From an uncultured Candidatus Saccharimonas sp. (lineage in GTDB: Bacteria; Patescibacteriota; Saccharimonadia; Saccharimonadales; Saccharimonadaceae), in contig CAYVRA010000001.1 in assembly GCA_964452965.1 (NCBI GenBank), positions 1 through 31,924 of the forward strand: 31,924 bases of DNA. The letters are read 5' to 3'. A model generated the notes under the pieces. It saw nothing but the letters and a program-made list of their open reading frames with translations, searched no databases and was not told where the DNA came from. The translations under genes and the position numbers were made by a program. Shown piece after piece: positions 27,063 to 31,924 of this stretch. The first letter of the stretch is position 1; each line of letters begins with the position of its first letter.

Positions 27063-27644
27063 TTACTTGGTCGTAATTGGCTTTTGGTATTTTTTAAGTG
27101 GGGCAAAAGACAATCGATGCAGCGGCGTGACGCCTAATTTATCAATTGCCGCGCTATGAATGGCTGTGCCATAACCGACATGACTTTCAAATCTGTAACC
27201 TGGATGTTTTTCATCTTGTTCGGCCATAAAATTATCACGAGCCACTTTTGCAACAATTGAAGCTGCCGAAACACTTGGAATTAACAGATCGGCCTTTTTC
27301 ATAGTTGTTACAAATTTACCCTTATTAGTATCTTTTAAAAAATTAACTGTGCCATCAATAATAATTTCATGATATGGCGATTTTATCTGCTCAACTGCTA
27401 ATTTTGTAGCCGAAACTAGCGCTGCTGACAAGCCAATTTTGTCTATTTCGGACGCCTCAACCCAGCCTAAACCAATACCAGCGGCTTTTTCGCGAATTTC
27501 AATATCCAATTTTTCGCGCTGTTTTTTGGTAAGCTTTTTACTATCAGTCAAACCTTCAATATTAGCACCACCCAAAACAACCGCCCCTACCACCAACGGC
27601 CCCGCCCAAGATCCGCGTCCAACTTCATCAATCCCAAGTATCAT
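27063..27644 (-). CDS. rnhB: Ribonuclease HII
   Basis: GIDEVGRG, DSKKL, IIIDG, KAD...SVSAASIVAKV.RD, GYGT and HRLSF. Confidence 0.96.
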   Translation of the reverse strand: MILGIDEVGRGSWAGPLVVGAVVLGGANIEGLTDSKKLTKKQREKLDIEIREKAAGIGLGWVEASEIDKIGLSAALVSATKLAVEQIKSPYHEIIIDGTVNFLKDTNKGKFVTTMKKADLLIPSVSAASIVAKVARDNFMAEQDEKHPGYRFESHVGYGTAIHSAAIDKLGVTPLHRLSFAPLKKYQKPITTK

Positions 27645-27658
27645 TATCCTATCATAAC

Positions 27659-27680
27659 AAAAATCACCCTTTCGGGTGAT
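27659..27680 (-). terminator. Terminator after rplS
   Basis: ATCACCC-GAAA-GGGTGAT-TTTT on the minus strand. Confidence 0.75.
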
Positions 27681-27700
27681 CTATGATAATAAATTAAATA

Positions 27701-28234
27701 TTATTGTTGTTCAGCATGCCTGGCTTCGACTTCGGCTTGTTTAGCCAAAAGTTCAGCTTCGGCAGCGGCTTTTTCGGCAGCTTTTGCTTCAGCCTCAAGG
27801 TGTTTTTCTTCTTTAATACGAGCTTCTTCGGCTTCTGCAACTTCAGCGGCTTCGTCGCTAACATCATTAACAGCTTCACGATCAAAGTTTTGATTCTTTA
27901 AACGAGCACCCTTACCGCTACGATCACGTAAGAAACTTAGGAAGTTACGGCGAACTTTACTTCGGCGTACAATTTCAATCTTTTCAACCAATGGGCTGTG
28001 AATCAAAAAGCTTTTTTCAACACCAACACCGCTAGCGACTTTACGGACAGTAATGCGTGAAGTGTGAGAATTTTTACGATCAGTACGAATAACAGTACCT
28101 TCAAAAATCTGAATACGTTCTTTGGCACCTTCTTTAATTTTTTGGTAAACTTTAACAACATCACCACTGCGAGCAGCGACAACACTAGGTTTTTTCTGGG
28201 CTTCGTTAACTTTTTTGATCAATTCAAAACTCAT
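27701..28234 (-). CDS. rplS: 50S ribosomal protein bL19 with a long Ala/Glu/Lys-rich C-terminal tail
   Basis: GDVVKV...I.EG.KERIQIFEG.VI, TVRK...GVGVEK.F and KVRR. Confidence 0.96.
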   Translation of the reverse strand: MSFELIKKVNEAQKKPSVVAARSGDVVKVYQKIKEGAKERIQIFEGTVIRTDRKNSHTSRITVRKVASGVGVEKSFLIHSPLVEKIEIVRRSKVRRNFLSFLRDRSGKGARLKNQNFDREAVNDVSDEAAEVAEAEEARIKEEKHLEAEAKAAEKAAAEAELLAKQAEVEARHAEQQ

Positions 28235-28317
28235 TTTATACTCACTTTTTACAATTTAATAAATACAATCAGCTACTGACTATAACATATCATCTGATAA
28301 ATTAAAAGGGTTAAACG

Positions 28318-29940
28318 TTAAATTGCCTGATTAATTTCATCCAGCGTAGTCTCGCCACGAAGCGCCGCCAATACACCTTGCTCCATTAATGTAATCATAC
28401 CACCCTTTCGAGCCGCCTGCTCAATTATCTCCGCATGAAAACTAGCCTCATCACCACGCAAGAAGGCCTGTATGGCCTCGCTAACTACCATCTGCTCCAT
28501 TATGACAATTCGCCCCTTAAATCCAAACGGCGAAGCCTCACTGGGTACTGATTTGTATAATTTAAAGTTATCTAGATCTGGTTTTGCGATATGTAATGGA
28601 AGGTCTTTTAGTGCATTCTTTACCCATTGCTTGGTTGCTTCGTCTGGCTCATATTCTTGTTTTGTTGCATCATCTAGGCGCCGAACAAGCCTTTGCGCAA
28701 TAACTATACGGATTGCCGAACTAAAGATTGGATTGACGCCAATAAGATCAATCATGCGACTAAAAGCAGCAGAAGTTGAATTGGCATGGAAACTAGATAA
28801 AACCAAGTGTCCAGTTATTGATGCTTGAATAGAAGTCTTGGCAGTATCAGCGTCGCGAATCTCACCAATCATCACTACATCTGGGTCAAGACGCAAAACC
28901 GAACGCAGGCCATCGGCAAAACTTTGACCACCGGTTGTGTCAATTGGAATTTGAGTAATACCTGTAATTCCGTATTCTATTGGGTCTTCTAGGGTAATAA
29001 TTTTTCGTTCAGTTGAGTTGAGGGCATTAATAATACTATAAAGCGTAGTTGATTTACCGCTACCAGTCGGGCCAACCATCAGCACCATTCCGCGCGGGTG
29101 CTTTATAACCTCCTCCAGCTCGGCTCTTTCAGTTGGGGCAATTCCCAACCTGTCCAGATTTAACATCGATTCGTCAAAGTTGAATAAACGCAAAACAGCA
29201 TCTTGGCCATACATCGTTGGCATCGTCTCAACACGAATATTTAGTAAGTGTGTCGCGCCACCTTTTGTAATCTCTTTTTGAATATGACCAGATTGTGAAT
29301 CTTTGGCCGCGGTTGAAATATTAGCTCTTGAGGCCAAAGCGCCCAAAATCACCCTATATCTGTCATTATCAAGATCAGCCACGGGATGAAGAACACCATC
29401 AATTCGCATTCGAACTCGCATATGAGTTCGCTGATTCTCGATATGAATATCACTAGCCCCCAACATGTCGGCTTGATCAATTAAATAATCAAAAACCTCA
29501 TCGCTACCAACCGAGTTTAAGGTTTTGCTGACTTCAGCAATAGTGTCACTATCGCCCTCTTTAGCGATTGTAATATTGTCATGAACAACCCTAACGACCG
29601 GATCGTATCTGTCCATTAATTGGCGATAACCACTGTTACTGATCAGGGAAAATTTAGCAGTTTTACCAGTATCGCTGTATTGTTTTACTAAATCGCGAAT
29701 AAAAGATTGTGGTGTTTGAGTAGTAGCGGCAAATTGCCAAGTTTGGTTTTCTTGATTAACCACCAAAGGCACCAAACGATTCTGGTGCATCGTCGGAATA
29801 TCAAGCACATCCTTAACTAGTGGGATAGTCTGTTCAAACTGTCGCGCATCGATATAAGTCAGCCCTAAAATCGAAGCCCTTTGCATCGTAGACTGTTCGT
29901 CTTGCTCGCGACGATTTTGCTGAATCTTATCTTCGTCCAT
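28318..29940 (-). CDS. GspE/PilB-family secretion / type IV pilus assembly ATPase
   Basis: ASDIHIE, Walker A GPTGSGKST, TLEDPIEY, LRLDPDVVMIGEIRD, TGHLVLSSFHAN and AQRLVRR. Confidence 0.93.
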   Translation of the reverse strand: MDEDKIQQNRREQDEQSTMQRASILGLTYIDARQFEQTIPLVKDVLDIPTMHQNRLVPLVVNQENQTWQFAATTQTPQSFIRDLVKQYSDTGKTAKFSLISNSGYRQLMDRYDPVVRVVHDNITIAKEGDSDTIAEVSKTLNSVGSDEVFDYLIDQADMLGASDIHIENQRTHMRVRMRIDGVLHPVADLDNDRYRVILGALASRANISTAAKDSQSGHIQKEITKGGATHLLNIRVETMPTMYGQDAVLRLFNFDESMLNLDRLGIAPTERAELEEVIKHPRGMVLMVGPTGSGKSTTLYSIINALNSTERKIITLEDPIEYGITGITQIPIDTTGGQSFADGLRSVLRLDPDVVMIGEIRDADTAKTSIQASITGHLVLSSFHANSTSAAFSRMIDLIGVNPIFSSAIRIVIAQRLVRRLDDATKQEYEPDEATKQWVKNALKDLPLHIAKPDLDNFKLYKSVPSEASPFGFKGRIVIMEQMVVSEAIQAFLRGDEASFHAEIIEQAARKGGMITLMEQGVLAALRGETTLDEINQAI

Positions 29941-30043
29941 TAACTATAACTATAACAAACTGCTTGTGTTTTTTATAGAGCCGAAAAAATATAAGAAAGG
30001 AGCTATTATAAATAGCCCCTTCGCATACTGGACTCTTTGTTAT

Positions 30044-30649
30044 TTAAATTGCCTCAAGCGACAACACTACTTCCTCTATAACCTTGGTGATTGACAATTC
30101 GGCAATATTTAATGGGTCTGTAGATGACTTAACGCAACTCACCTGAGGGGTCGTATAATGATAATAAAACTCACCAACTTTTTTAGTAACCGGACCGTGC
30201 ACTACAAGATTAGCTTGTTGATACGCGTAATACTGTTCGATAGTTTGGTCAGAAGGAGCCATTTTGTCATTAGCTGTGAGCCGCGATATAAAACCACCAC
30301 AATCAGTAGTAGTGCTGTTATTTGGAAAACTGTCAGAGTAAATCTTAACAGAATCAGAACCATATGCATAATTGTCCATAATAAGATAGGTCACTACCTC
30401 ATCGTTAGTATATTTTCCCTTAACCCCCCATTCAGCGATTGATATGGTTTTTTTACCATCATCCGCAACAGGCACTGGTGTATTATCCACCACCTTTTCA
30501 ATTACAGCTGGCGCTGGGGTATTATCTGCTGCTTTTGGTTGCATAAAGTTTCGCCAATAAGCAAAGCTCAATCCACCCAGAACTGCTATTACCAAAATTA
30601 TAATTAGTGTTAAATGAGAACTTCCTTTTTGAGATTGTTTTCTATTCAC
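30044..30649 (-). CDS. Pilin-like or membrane-anchored surface protein
   Basis: GTG start, leader MNRKQSQKG|SSHL plus a hydrophobic helix, and two Cys in the soluble part. It lies immediately upstream of the PilB-like gene on the same strand. Confidence 0.75.
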   Translation of the reverse strand: MNRKQSQKGSSHLTLIIILVIAVLGGLSFAYWRNFMQPKAADNTPAPAVIEKVVDNTPVPVADDGKKTISIAEWGVKGKYTNDEVVTYLIMDNYAYGSDSVKIYSDSFPNNSTTTDCGGFISRLTANDKMAPSDQTIEQYYAYQQANLVVHGPVTKKVGEFYYHYTTPQVSCVKSSTDPLNIAELSITKVIEEVVLSLEAI

Positions 30650-30690
30650 GAGATGCCCTTTCGCAAGGTTTTCATTAGTTGTTAGTTATG

Positions 30691-30720
30691 ATTATACAGT
30701 TCGGCTCTGGATAAGCGCAA
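30691..30720 (-). promoter_or_regulatory. Promoter TTGCGC-18-TATAAT
   Basis: Hexamers at 30715-30720 and 30691-30696, similar to the promoter of the 5962-6450 gene. Confidence 0.5.
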
Positions 30721-30784
30721 GCGAGATTTAAGGTTAATGATTATTAAATGCAATAAGTTTAAATTAAAGTGTTAAAATAAGCTA

Positions 30785-31270
30785 ATGCCAGAAATTATCG
30801 TAATCGCTCACAATATCCGCTCAACTCACAACATTGGGTCTATTTTTCGCACTTGTGAAGGTTTTGGAGTATCAAAAATCATAGTTAGTGGCTACAGCCC
30901 GTACCCAAAATTACCAGTCGACGACCGATTACCTCACTTATCTGAGAAACTAACAGGTCAAATTCATAAAACTGCCCTTGGCGCCGAAACGATGGTACCT
31001 TTTGAATACCAAGAAACACCAGATTTTGATAATCTAAAAAAGCAAGGTTTTACGATTGTCGGCTTAGAGCAAAACGAGCGTAGTATATCCTTAAAAGATT
31101 ATAAAAGACCAGATAAAATCGTCCTATTACTTGGCGAAGAGGTCTTCGGTATAACTAATGAAATGATTAATCAATGCGATGACTTAATCGAAATCCCAAT
31201 GTTTGGCAAAAAAGAATCGTTTAATGTCAGCGTTGCAGCCGGAATCGCACTTTACGCTCTGACTATTTGA
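30785..31270 (+). CDS. SpoU/TrmH-family RNA methyltransferase
   Basis: HNIRSTHNIGSIFRT, KTALGAE, LLLGEEVFG and IEIPMFGKKESFNVSVAAGI. Confidence 0.92.
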   Translation: MPEIIVIAHNIRSTHNIGSIFRTCEGFGVSKIIVSGYSPYPKLPVDDRLPHLSEKLTGQIHKTALGAETMVPFEYQETPDFDNLKKQGFTIVGLEQNERSISLKDYKRPDKIVLLLGEEVFGITNEMINQCDDLIEIPMFGKKESFNVSVAAGIALYALTI

Positions 31271-31924
31271 GAACTACACTGGCTTCTCCCAGGATTTTGC
31301 CTAATTTTTCAACCAAAATATTACTTATATCAACCCTGAATGGTAATTTTATGGCAGATTTTTTATCTTCACCTAGCACCAAAACAACATCAGATAGGCC
31401 GATATAATCACCACACACCTGTTTTAACGAAACAAGTGCATCGCGATCATCCGGATCTTTAATATGAATATATAATTTTCGATCATCTTTTTGCTCTATT
31501 TTTATAGGCGCTGAAACAGATGGCGCCGATGCAGCCTTTGCCGGTTGATGCTTTCTAAACGTTTTAACGCCGCCCGCGCTTACCTTTGGTTTGTCCATTT
31601 TTCGGCCAGTGCTTTCATAGTTATCTAATTCACCATCACTTACAAACTGAATTTCATCAGCAATAATTTTAGCCTCTGTACCTAAATTACCATCACGATC
31701 TCTAGCGCTAATCTTACCACTAGCCCTAATAACAGCATCCTGCACTAATTTTGCGCCAACTTGTTCAAATAAATTAGGAAATACAATAACCTCGCCATCA
31801 CCAGTTTTATCCTCTAGACCGACAAATGCCATTTTGGACCCGCTTTTTGTGATAATAGTCCTGACGGTTGAAATCAAACCGCCAACGGTAGCTTTTTTCC
31901 CATCAACATCTGGTTTTATCTGAG
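31263..31924 (-). CDS. dnaE: DNA polymerase III alpha subunit, C-terminal part (5'-truncated by the window)
   Basis: OB-fold VGGLISTVRTIITKSG.KMAFV.LED..G..EVIVFP and a C-terminal tau-binding-type domain. The frame is open to the window edge. Confidence 0.9.
   Translation of the reverse strand, partial: QIKPDVDGKKATVGGLISTVRTIITKSGSKMAFVGLEDKTGDGEVIVFPNLFEQVGAKLVQDAVIRASGKISARDRDGNLGTEAKIIADEIQFVSDGELDNYESTGRKMDKPKVSAGGVKTFRKHQPAKAASAPSVSAPIKIEQKDDRKLYIHIKDPDDRDALVSLKQVCGDYIGLSDVVLVLGEDKKSAIKLPFRVDISNILVEKLGKILGEASVVLK

Noticed and set aside
22517-27065. Genome-wide stop-codon reassignment (TAA to Gln/Glu, or genetic code 25)
   Set aside because: TAA, TAG and TGA all terminate clearly complete genes in this window. 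Only two local in-frame TAAs were found.
27701-27890. Low-complexity AEK-rich tail of bL19 as a separate repeat or frameshift
   Set aside because: It is in frame and ends at a normal stop and terminator. Charged helical extensions on ribosomal proteins are not unusual.
4901-30030. Recurrent AATAGCCC/GGGCTATT-type stems as a dispersed repeat family
   Set aside because: The loops and inner stems differ, and the clear examples sit just after a stop codon. They are best explained as ordinary intrinsic terminators with a shared base.

Overview
AT-rich bacterial chromosome segment. The gene set and style suggest Patescibacteria/CPR, probably Saccharibacteria; this is inferred, not proven. The backbone is housekeeping: hisS-tig, two SpoU/TrmH methyltransferases, two tRNA-Leu, an FAD oxidoreductase, pgeF, rsmD-recG, tyrS, a class A PBP, a PIN/TRAM protein, radA, nusA, a wHTH-Nudix protein, an M13 peptidase, rnhB/yraN, rplS, a PilB-like ATPase and the 3' end of dnaE. 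Small self-contained accessory units are interspersed. Four observations stand out. (1) At 195-700, a duplicated co-varying RNA hairpin flanks an unannotated 24-31 aa hydrophobic peptide ORF, resembling a type I toxin-antitoxin locus. (2) At 5962-7410, a divergent pair of surface-protein genes shares a Cys-closed helical-hairpin domain; one has a poly-G tract in its promoter spacer and the other a poly-A frameshift just after its start codon, suggesting phase variation. (3) In-frame TAA codons interrupt nusA and an apparent rnhB-yraN fusion. (4) A stand-alone pyrF-pyrE cassette is present. All calls come from reading motifs by eye; no database searches or folding programs were run. No CRISPR array, integrase or transposase was seen.
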